Shown here: piece after piece, positions 18,601 through 29,650 of the stretch
Layout of the letters: every line of letters begins with the position of its first letter
How positions within the stretch are numbered: the stretch's first letter is position 1
From: the human T2T-CHM13v2.0 reference genome, Homo sapiens
Assembly (NCBI RefSeq): GCF_009914755.1
Contig: NC_060936.1
DNA length: 64,000 nucleotides
Reading direction: 5' to 3' (one strand)
Program-made: the position numbers and the translations under genes
The notes under the pieces: model-generated
What the model was told of the DNA's origin: nothing
Seen by the model: only the letters and a program-made list of their open reading frames with translations
Database searches by the model: none

Positions 18601-20584
18601 AGCGTTTACATGATACTCATGTATTTCCTTAGATCAAGTCAGCCTAGATCAGGTGTTCTTCCAGAGGCCGTATTGAGATCATTTTTATTTGCAGCCTGTG
18701 CATTTTCTCATCTCGGGTGATGGCCTCACAGATGTACACATATGTAAAACCGTATCAAACTGCACACTTTAAATATGTGCAACTTATTGCATGTCAGTTA
18801 TACTCAAAGCGGTTACCAAAAACAGAAAACAAGCTTTTCCTACCCCAGAGAAGAATTTAAAGGGTAAAATGATCAAAGGATTTCAGTTCTATCAATGTTT
18901 ACCTGTCTGATCACTTACGTATCAGACACAATGCTAAGCCTAGGACGATTGTCTTAGCTCACGAATAACACTTACTGTACAACTATTTCTACTGGCATAG
19001 GCTTTGGAACCATATAGGTCTGTGTTGTACTCTTGCTTCCAACACTTGTGAACGATATGGGTGAGTAATTAATGTCATAAGGGCCTGAATTTCCTTGTCC
19101 CTAAAGTGAACATAATACAACCTAATTGATGCTGTAAGAGTTCAACAAATGGTACCCTTTTTACATTATAGTTTCAAAAGTATAGCTACACAGTACTATT
19201 TGTAAGCAATGTTTCTAGAGATTTACGACATATACCCAAAAAACATGTCTTTAATGATGGCCTGGTAAACTCCTGCTGGTTGCCAGAAAAAGGGGTTCTG
19301 AGGCAATCTATGGGTACCTTTTTTCTTTAAATTTGTGTCCTTTATGAAACCATGCATAGTATGGAAATTACTGAATTCAGAATATAGCAAGGTTAAAGAG
19401 GCTGAAAAAAACCTAGAACATTTGATATAAAAAAAGGAAGCATGCCTAAGAAACCTGGTTTATTTAAATGAGATTTCGTTCTTATAAAGCAAGTGAATTT
19501 CTGTTTTACAAGTTAACCATATACTGTACCTCATCTTTCAAATGAGAAGTTAGCTACCTCACCCAAAAATATAAGTGCACATTGCATTTTAGAGAAAACT
19601 TATATTCTGATAGTCCATATTTACTGTATCTTGTTTAACATACCAGGACAAGACTTTTGAATAGGCACTTGGCACCAGAAAAAATAATTTACCTATTATG
19701 AAAATGTCATGTTGTTAAAATACCATGCCATGATTTAGCATTACAAGTGCTTTAAACAGCTGAGTAAAACACCCTTTTACTCCTTTTTACTTATGTCCCC
19801 TCACCAGTTATATAAAAGCAGTTCTAGAAAAGTGGCCTTAGTATATTTAAAAGTCTAATTCATTCCTTCATTCATGCCTTTGAATATGCACTCTATTATA
19901 GGCACTATGCTGAATTTGCAAAGATGAAGGAAACTAAACTACTGTTTTTGGGAAACTTTATCTCCTAATGGACAAACAAGGCTTAAGGGTCCAACTAAAC
20001 ATTGCAGTGGCTCATCACAGAGCTGGAAGGAGCCTATATATAGAACTAGAGGCACAGTGGGTGGCCCTGAATACCTTACAGGAAGCAGACTGATTTTCTC
20101 ATCCAAAAGGCATGCTACATGATGCAGAACAGTCAGTGGGGCCCCTGCAGTCAGGCCTCTCCCATGGAATCCCTGATCTGCACAATCAGTAAGGAACAGG
20201 AAGACTTCTGGGATTCAGATAGTGACCCCATGTTGCCCATTCCCTAGATAATGGGGACTTCAAGACAAAGCTCTAGAAAAATGAAAGGAAAAAGCAAAAA
20301 GTATCTAAGTCCTTAGCTGCTCCAAAAAAAAGGCCTGCAGCTGCAGGCTGTTGACCACTAATCCCTGGAAATGCATCAAGTAGACTGAAGCTAGGTCTGA
20401 GAAGAAATCAAGGCAGGTGTATACGGCCTACTGCATCTCTTTTCCCAAATTACGTTCAAGAAATACAGAAGTTCTCAGATATTGCTCTTTCCTCATTTTC
20501 CTCCTACCTCTTAGCTGTTCTTCCTATGGCCCTTGCACACTGAGTTGCCTGTTGCTCTGTCCAAGTCCTGCTAATTCCATGTTC

Positions 20585-20876
20585 TTTTTTTTTTTGAGAC
20601 GGAGTCTCACTTCGTCACCAGGCTGGAGTGCAGTGGCACGATCCTGGCTCACTGCAACCTCTGCCTCCTGGATTCAAGTGATTCTTCTGGCTCAGCCTCC
20701 TGAGTAGCTGGGATTACAGGCGTGCGCCAACACGCCCAGCTAATTTTGTATATTTAGTAGAGACGGGGTTTCACCGTGTTAGCCAGGCTGATCTCGAACT
20801 CCCAACCTCAGGTGATCTGCCCGCCTCGGTCTCCCAAAGTGCTGGGATTACAGGTATGAGCCACCATGCCCAGCCC
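20585..20876 (-). mobile_element. Alu (S-like)
   Basis: Reverse-complement dimer; CTAATTCCA repeated on both flanks. Confidence 0.9.
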
Positions 20877-21377
20877 TAATTCCACTTTCTATTAATATTT
20901 CTGAAGTCTGTGTATTTTCACCTTTACTTAATGCAATGCTTTAAAATGGTCGAGGTATATTCCCTACCTAGAAGAACTCATACTTATACACAGTGGGACA
21001 CATACACGGACTTACATACCACATAAAATTCATTGACAGAACACAGGAATAAACCAATGGTTGATTTATAAAATGTAATATTTTGTACCAAAGGTTTTCA
21101 AACTTCTTGGTCTTGGGATTCCTTTACACGCTTATTATATTGATCTTATCAGAAATTAAAACAATTTTTTTTGGAAAATTTAAGTCATTTAGAAAGGATA
21201 AACTTACTACATGTTAACATTTTTATGGAAAATAACTATATTTTCTAAATAAAAAATAATTTAGTGAAAAGAATGGCATTGTTTTACATTTTAAAAATGT
21301 CAGATCTACTTTTGCTTATACAGAATCTTTAGTCACAATCAGTCCATTCCACCTTTGAACTGAAAATGGTATTAATA

Positions 21378-23571
21378 GCGTGCAAAAATGTAAGGGGGCC
21401 TCTCCCTCTCCCTCTCCCTCTCCGTCTCCCTCTCCCTCTCCCTCTCCCTCTCCCTCTCACTCTCCCCACGGTCTCCCTCTCATGCGGAGCCGAAGCTGGA
21501 CTGTACTGCTGCCATCTCGGCTCACTGCAACCTCCCTGCCTGATTCTCCTGCCTCAGCCTGCCGAGTGCCTGCGATTGCAGGCACGCGCCGCCACACCTG
21601 ACTGGTCTTGGTGGAGACGGGGTTTCGCTGTGTTGGCCGGGCCGGTCTCCAGCCCCTGACCGCGAGTGATCCGCCAGCCTTGGCCTCCCGAGGTGCCAGG
21701 ATTGCAGACGGAGTCTCGTTCACTCAGTGCTCAATGGTGCCCAGACTGGAGTGCAGTGGCGTGATCTCGGCTCGCTACGGCCTACACCTCCCAGCCGCCT
21801 GCCTTGGCCTCCCACGGTGCCGAGATTGCAGCCTCTGCCCGGCCGCCACCCCGTCTGGGAAGTGAGGAGCGTCTCTGCCTGGCTGCCCATCGTCTGGGAT
21901 GTGAGGAGCCTCTCTGCCTGGCTGCCCAGTCTGGAAAGTGAGGAGCGTCTGCGCCCGGCCGCCATCCCATCTAGGAAGTGAGGAGCGCCTCTTCCCAGCC
22001 GCCATCACATCTAGGAAGTGAGGAGCGTCTCTGCCCGGCCGCCCATCGTCTGAGATGTGGGGAGCGCCTCTGCCCCGCCGCCCCATCTGGGATGTGAGGA
22101 GTGCCTCTGCCCGGCCGAGACCCCGTCTGGGAGGTGAGGAGCGTCTCTGCCCGGCCGCCCCGTGTGAGAAGTGAGGAGACCCTCTGCCTGGCAACCACCC
22201 CGTCTGAGAAGTGAGGAGCCCCTCCGCCCGGCAGCTGCCCCGTCTGAGAAGTGAGGAGCCTCTCCGCCCGGCAGCCACCCCATCTGGGAAGTGAGGAGCG
22301 TCTCTGCCCGGCAGCCACCCCGTCCGGGAGGGAGGTGGGGGGGTCAGCCCCTGCCCGGCCAGCCGCCCCATCCGGGAGGGAGGTCGGGGGTCAGCCCCCC
22401 GCCCGGCCAGCCGCCCCGTCCGGGAGGTGAGGGGCGCCTCTGCCCGGCCACCCCTACTGGGAAGTGAGGAGCCCCTCAGCCTGGCCAGCTGCCCTGTCCG
22501 GGAGGGAGGTGGGGGGGTCAGCCCTCCGCCCGGCCAGCCGCCCCGTCTGGGAGGTGAGGGGCGCCTCTGCCCGGCCGCCCCTACTGGGAAGTGAGGAGCC
22601 CCTCTGCCCGGCCAGCCGCCCCGTCCGGGAGGGAGGTGGGGGGGTCAGCCCCCTGCCCAGCCAGCCGCCCTGTCCAGGAGGGAGGTGGGGGGGTCAGCCC
22701 TCCGCCCGGCCAGCTGCCCCGTCTGGGAGGTGAGGGGCGCCTCTGCCCGGCCGCCCCTACTGGGAAGTGAGGAGCCCCTTTGCCCGGCCAGCCGCCCAGT
22801 CTGGGAGGGAGGTGGGGGGGTCAGCCCCCTGCCCGGCCAGCTGCCCCGTCCGGGAGGTGAGGGGCACCTCTGCCCGGCCGCCCCTACTGGGAAGTGAGGA
22901 GCCCCTCTGCCCGGCCAGCTGCCCCGTCTGGGAGGGAGGTGGGGGGGGGTCAGCCCCCCCGCCCGGCCAGCTGCCCCGTCCGGGAGGTGAGGGGCGCCTC
23001 TGCCCGGCCGCCCCTACTGGGAAGTGAGGAGCCCCTCTGCCCAGCCACCACCCCGTCTGGGAGGTGTGCCCAACAGCTCATTGAGAACGGGCCATGATGA
23101 CAATGGCGGTTTTGTGGAATAGAAAAGGGGGAAAGGTGGGGAAAAGATTGAGAAATCGGATGGTTGCTGTGTCTGTGTAGAAAGAAGTAGACATGGGAGA
23201 CTTTTCATTTTGTTCTGCACTAAGAAAAATTCTTCTGCCTTGGGATCCTGTTGATCTGTGACCTTACCCCCAACCCTGTGCTCTCTGAAACATGTGCTGT
23301 GTCCACTCAGGGTTAAATGGATTAAGGGCGGTGCAAGATGTGCTTTGTTAAACAGATGCTTGAAGGCAGCATGCTCGTTAAGAGTCATCACCAATCCCTA
23401 ATCTCAAGTAATCAGGGACACAAACACTGCGGAAGGCTGCAGGGTCCTCTGCCTAGGAAAACCAGAGACCTTTGTTCACTTGTTTATCTGCTGACCTTCC
23501 CTCCACTATTGTCCCATGACCCTGCCAAATCCCCCTCTGTGAGAAACAACCAAGAATTATCAATAAAAAAA

Positions 23572-23604
<33 letters not shown>
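21378..23604 (+). mobile_element. Full-length young SVA retrotransposon (SVA_F-like)
   Basis: (CCCTCT)n from 21399, Alu-like domain, long GC-rich VNTR about 21830..23065, SINE-R, AATAAA 23562..23567, poly(A); perfect 16-nt TSD GAAAATGGTATTAATA at 21362..21377 and 23605..23620. Confidence 0.95.
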
Positions 23605-23607
<3 letters not shown>

Positions 23608-23971
23608 AATGGTATTAATACCATCAGCTGACATTAATTAAGCACTTAGTTTAGTTTATTTATCTATCTCATTTAATCCTTATAACAGCCCAATAAGCTA
23701 GACATCATTATTCCCATTATGAAGATGAGGCAGAAGACCTAAGGAAGGATAAATAATTCGCCAAATGTCACTTAAGCACCTGGTTGGACTGCAATGATTC
23801 TAATCTAGATGCTCTTACCCACCATGCTGTTAAACTTGATTGCACTGCATCATACACTTGATAATTCAACAGTTAATGATAATAAAGTCAAATTTACATC
23901 TACAAATCATGCAAGCTTAAATTGATACTACAAGTTTATTTCAACTTAATAGCTGGGAAATACTTAGGGGG

Positions 23972-24357
23972 TGTTATGGGCTGAGTTGTAGTCCCCCCAA
24001 AATTCACATGAAGAAATCCTAATCCCAGCACTTCAGAATGTGACTGTATTTGGAGATAGGTTTTGAAAGAGATAATTAAGGAAAAATGAGGTCCTCAGTG
24101 TGGGCCCTAATCCAGTATGACTGGTGTCCTCATAAGAAGAAGAAATTTGGGCACAGACAAGTACAGAGGGAAGGCCATTTAAAGACACAGGGAGAAGATG
24201 GCCATCTACAAATCAAAGAGAAAGGCCTCAAAGGAAACCAACCCTGCTAACACCTTGATCTTGGACTTTTAGCCTCCAGAACTGTGGGAAAACAAATTTC
24301 TTGTTGAAGCCACCCAAGCTGTAGAACTTTGTTATGGCAGCCTAACAAACTAGTACA
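23972..24357 (+). mobile_element. MaLR solo LTR (MLT1A/B-like)
   Basis: TGTTATGGGCTGA ... GTTATGGCAGCCTAACAAACTAGTACA termini. Confidence 0.85.
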
Positions 24358-24892
24358 GTGAGGGAATTTGACAAAATTTCATTGGTTACTGGTACACTGA
24401 CCTAACATGCTGTGTGGACCAACACAAATGAAACCATAAGACAATACTTCCCAAATATTTTAATTTTGAAATAGATATACTTAATGGCTGATGACCCAGT
24501 ATCTTTGGTGTCCTCTAACCACATTACCATTCTATAATTTCAAATGAAATCTATACTTTAAAAACAATTAATGTCAAATTTTGTCATAATATCTGACTTT
24601 CAGGCCAACTTTTAATGTTAGTACAATTTAAAATAAAAAGTCATTAACATTTTAATGTAATACTGAATAATTCTCTGTGGAATTTATCTTTTACATTTTT
24701 TTCCTTTTAAGCAAAAAGAGATTTACAGTTTATAATGGTAAAGACTCTACTACTTCAGAATCAAAGCCAAATCAATATTACTTAATAATTCAGGGAAAAT
24801 TTAGATAAAATCACTAGACAACGGTAAACTGATATTCTTATCTACTCATAAAATTATTTTTGAATTGCAAACGAACCGCTATGCGTGGCTAA

Positions 24893-25201
<309 letters not shown>

Positions 25202-25360
25202 AGAAAAGCATTTTTAATAGAATTTTGATAGCTCTTAACTGAGATCCTAAATCAAGGATTTAGAAATGAGGTATCATAAAGAATAGTAAGATTTTAAAGC
25301 TCTCAAAATTACATATGATACAAATAAAGATTGTAACAGTATTTAATCATTGTTTCAAAC

Positions 25361-25366
25361 TTTATT
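25361..25366 (-). terminator. TMBIM4 proximal poly(A) signal AATAAA
   Basis: tttatt on + strand about 100 nt past the stop codon; an ATTAAA alternative lies at 24459..24464. Confidence 0.6.
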
Positions 25367-25467
25367 ACTTAATGAAACAGTTTCTATATACTGCTTCCAA
25401 TTACTTTAATCCTTTTTTCTCATTAAATTTTTTTTGTTGTTCTTCAGTTGAGCTGAGATACTTTTAA

Positions 25468-25674
25468 TTACTTTTTATTAACTGCTTCCAGAAACCGTAA
25501 CAGGTGCAGGAATAGATTGATGATATCCAAGTAGAGGCTGATGGCAGCTAATACGTACTCTTCAGGTGACAGTTTATGCATCAGTGAGTGTGTGTCATAG
25601 ATGATGAATCCACAGAAAAGAAGGGCTCCTGCAGCGGCTAAGACCAACTCCATTATCTCACTATAAAAAAAAAA
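25468..25674 (-). CDS. TMBIM4: TMBIM4 coding exon 7 (terminal)
   Basis: CCCTATAG| acceptor; [68 protein letters not shown] then TAA; YDT, SPEEY and LYLD motifs with the TMBIM di-aspartate pair (D197/D220 by my count); total CDS 717 nt. Confidence 0.97.
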
Positions 25675-26231
25675 CTATAGGGAAGAGATTAAAGAAATAT
25701 GTTTATATTTGAGAACAGTATTAACAGGACTTAACTTACTTCCTCTAATGATTTACTGCTACATTATACATTTGACAATGGTGTACAACTTTGAATACAA
25801 ATGTTAAAAGCAGAAAAAGGCAAGGCAAGTCCAAACTTGCCTCTGTTGGATGGAAGGATGAATGAGTGGTTATATTCCATTAAACTAAATTACCCACTTT
25901 GAAAAACAGCATTCCACATATAAATTATTTAAAAATATATTTCGTTTTTCACAATTAAATGTGCCACTGGAGCTTGGCAGTTGTAAGCAAGGGCCTCTTT
26001 CTATGTAATTTAATTCATTTATTCATTCATCTTTTTTTCAGTCAATAATAAGGACCAACACAAGACCCTGATTTTCTAAAGGGATAATTCTATAATCATT
26101 CTATATACAAATGTTCTGGATAATTATAACTAAGTGTCCTATCATAAGAGTATCTCTTATAGCTTTTTGAGGTTATTTATATTGACACAGCCAGAATTAT
26201 ATTTCAAATTAACCATTATAACATAACTTAC

Positions 26232-26277
26232 CTTCAAGAATCCTGACAGGCACAATATCCACAAAAGAGCAAACAGC
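26232..26277 (-). CDS. TMBIM4: TMBIM4 coding exon 6
   Basis: TTTTATAG| acceptor, AAG|GTAAGT donor; 46 nt; (G)LFALLWILCLSGFLK. Confidence 0.94.
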
Positions 26278-26859
26278 CTATAAAAATACAATTTTAGTAA
26301 TTTGCAATATTGTTCCTTACAAAAAAACTTTGTAAACCCATTCAACACTTTCTGAAAAAAACATCCATCTGGATTTTTTGCTGAAGAATAACTAAAATGT
26401 AAGAATTTGTAAACATACAATGAATATAATGCCCATCTTGGATCTTTTTTTTAAAGAAATTGAAAGAACAGCTATTTATTCAACATTTGTCTTTATGGTA
26501 TACAAACCTAGTTAACAGTATAATTTGTGAAGTTTTGGAACATAAAATACAGATAAAAGCAGAAATATCATTACAAGTATTTTAATTCAGAGATCTATAA
26601 AAACTTTTAGAAAATATATAAACAAATGAACTAGGATTGCACTTTTAAACCAAGTAATAACAAGTTATTCTGTGAACATGTCTATCGAAGTTCACAATGT
26701 ACTTTCCATTTTATTCTTATGTATTATGGAACTTAATTGATGGACACATCTGACACTGCTATAATTTTATGAGTTACAATTCAATTGTTATATATAGAGA
26801 GTATAAATTATATAAGAAAGGACATCTAAGAAGTCAGTCTTTTGTTATAAAATATGGGA

Positions 26860-29650
26860 CTTATCAGCTGCTTCAGGTCACAGGGAATTACAGAGGCCAC
26901 ATTTATCCTCCTTCCTTAAATAAAACCAGACAAAATATATGAAACAACAGTTCTTGGACACTGGACAGCAAACAGCACAGGACAGGGATTCCTGAGATAA
27001 AGGATACAAAGAAAGTGAAGTCTATATTTGCCCCAGCTACAGAGGGTTTCCAGGCCAGCGTGTAGGGATAAGAACCCATACAGTCACTTGCGGTCTCCTT
27101 GAGTTGAGCAGACAAGAATTCAGAGGTCAGGGAAGCCAAGGTAGCTAGAATTTGCAGGGCAGAATATCAGAAAGAAGAGAACTATCCACCAAAAGTGAGC
27201 ACTCTGGTGTATGCACAGGATTCCCCTAGAGTCTGTAGCTACATTCTGATTAATACATGCATGTTAAGGAGGTGACCAAGGCTGGAGAAAGAACCACAAT
27301 AGAGAAGCAGGCAGAACAATCCTCAGAGTTCACACAGGACTGGGAATAGTTTGCATTCACACAAGCTGGAGTAGAAAGACCTCGTAAGACATGCACTGAG
27401 TAGTATGCTGAAGGGTACTGTCTCAGCAGTACCCTTAGGGCCAAATGAGCCCCTAAGCTAAAAGCTGTTCTGGACCTCCTAACAGAGCCTCAAAAGGTTT
27501 ACTTTCCAAGGAACTTAACTGCATCCTAGGAGAACAATGCCAAATATATTTAAAGTTAATACAACAAAATTCAGCACCCAACCATGTAAAATTTATAATG
27601 ACCAGCATCCAATAAAAAATTATAAAGGCATGCAAAAGAATGAAGGAAATATGACCCATAACAAGGAGAAGAAACAATCAATAGAAACAAATCCAGAAAT
27701 GACACAATGATAGAATGCATAGACAATGACATTAAAAATATACTCCCTAGTTCAAGATCGAGGAAAGAATGATCATGAGGAGGAGAGAAATGGAAGATAC
27801 TATTTTTTTTCAAAAGACACAAATTGAACTGAACTTTAATTGATTAAAAATACAATATATGAAACACAAATATTCTGATTGGAATTAATAGCAGATTAGA
27901 CACTGAAGAAGATTACTAAATTTGAAAACAGCAATAGAAACTAACCAAAATGAATCGCAGAGAGAAAAAGACAAAGAAAAACAAACAAACAAAAAAAACA
28001 GAACAGTGAATTAGGGGACAACATCTAGAAGTCTCACACAGATGTAACTGGAGTCTCAAGCAAAGGAGAAAGAAGGGGAGACAGATAAATGTTTGAAGAA
28101 ATAATGGCCAAAAATTTCCCAGATTTGAGCTGTGCACAGTGGTGTGTGCCTGTAATCCCAGCTACTCAGGAGGTGGAGGGATCACTTGAACCCAGGAGTT
28201 CGAGTCCAGCCTAGGCAACACAGCAAGACCCCATCTCTTAAACAATTTTTTTTTCCAAATTTGAGGAAAACTTTACATTGTCAGATCCAAGAAACAGAAG
28301 AAAAGTGGAGGGGGAGGGAACCACACCAAGGAATATTTTAATCAAATTACTGCAAACCAGTGATAAAGAAAAAATGGTAAAAGTAGCTCTGTATGTGTGG
28401 AGGAAACATATACAGAGGAATAAATATAAGAAAGATGGCAGACTTCTTGTCAGAAACTACATAAGTCAGAGGACAATGGAATGACATCTTTAAAATACTG
28501 AAAGCAAGAAAAAAAACCCAAAACCTAGAATCTTACACCCAGCAAAAATAACTTTCAAAAATAAAGACAAAGGTTTTTTTCAGACACAAAAGATGACCAA
28601 CAGACAATAAGAAATGTTAAAAAGAAGTCCCTTAGTCAAATGATATTAGGTGGAAATTTAGATTTACATGAAGAGATGAAGAAGAGTAGAAATGGCAAAT
28701 ACATTGGTGAACATAAAAGGACTTCTATTTTTAAAATCCCTTTAAAAGATAATATAATTTTTAGTGCAAAAATAATAATGTATTATGGAGTTTATAACAT
28801 GTAGAACTAAAAGTTACGGCAACAATGGCACAAAGGTAGGGAAAAGGAGATACAAGGATACATAAAATGGTATATTATTTGAGGATAGACTAATAATTTA
28901 AAGTCATATATTATAAAACCTAGAGCAACCTCTAATTAAAAGAACTATAGCTAATAAGCCAATAAAGAAGATAAACACAACCATCTTAATAATCACAATA
29001 AATGTAAATGGACTAAATACACTAACTAAAAGCAGAGGTGGTCAGATTAGATTTTTAAAAACCAAGATCCAACTATGATTTCTAAAAAAAAAACCTTGTA
29101 AATATAAAGACACAAATACATTAAAAATAAAAGGATAGAAAAACATATACGATGCTAACATGCTAACACAAATTAAGAAGAAAGCTGGGGTTGCTATATT
29201 AATAACAAAATAGATTTTAGGGCAATGATATTACTAGAGCTAAAGAAGGTCACTTCATAATGATAAAGGGGTCAGTTCACCAAGAGTACGTAACAATCCT
29301 AAATGTTTCTGCATCTAAAAATGAAGTTTAAAATAATATGATGCAAAATTATAGAATTTACATAAGAAATAGACCAATCCATACTTGTAGTTGGAAATTT
29401 CAACACCCCTCTCACATTGATAAAACAAGTAGGCAGAAAATTAGTAAGCAAATAGAACACTTAACATTATGAACCAACTTTACCTAATTGACATTTATCA
29501 AATCATCCGACAGCAGCAGCAAAATACACATTCTTGTCTAGTGCACAAAGAACATTTACCAAGATACCATTAAAAAATAAATAAATAAATAAATGCAAAA
29601 GGACTGAACTCATACAAAATAAGTTCTCTCACAGTAACAGAGTTATTTAT
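26860..29650 (+). mobile_element. Degenerate old L1M (5' region, ORF1, start of ORF2) in TMBIM4 intron 5, with an Alu monomer at about 28127..28243
   Basis: A-rich strand with L1 motifs (gaaataatggccaaaaatttcccag; aatgtaaatggactaaat; cacttcataatgataaaggggtcag). Confidence 0.75.

Noticed and set aside
21830-23065. Repeat units with variable interiors, superficially like a CRISPR array
   Set aside because: Eukaryotic SVA VNTR: degenerate tandem units with no unique spacers and no cas genes
21366-23574. Dense cluster of overlapping ORFs up to 198 aa
   Set aside because: All fall inside the SVA; GC-rich VNTR units lack stop codons, and the peptides are repetitive (ALLTSQTG)
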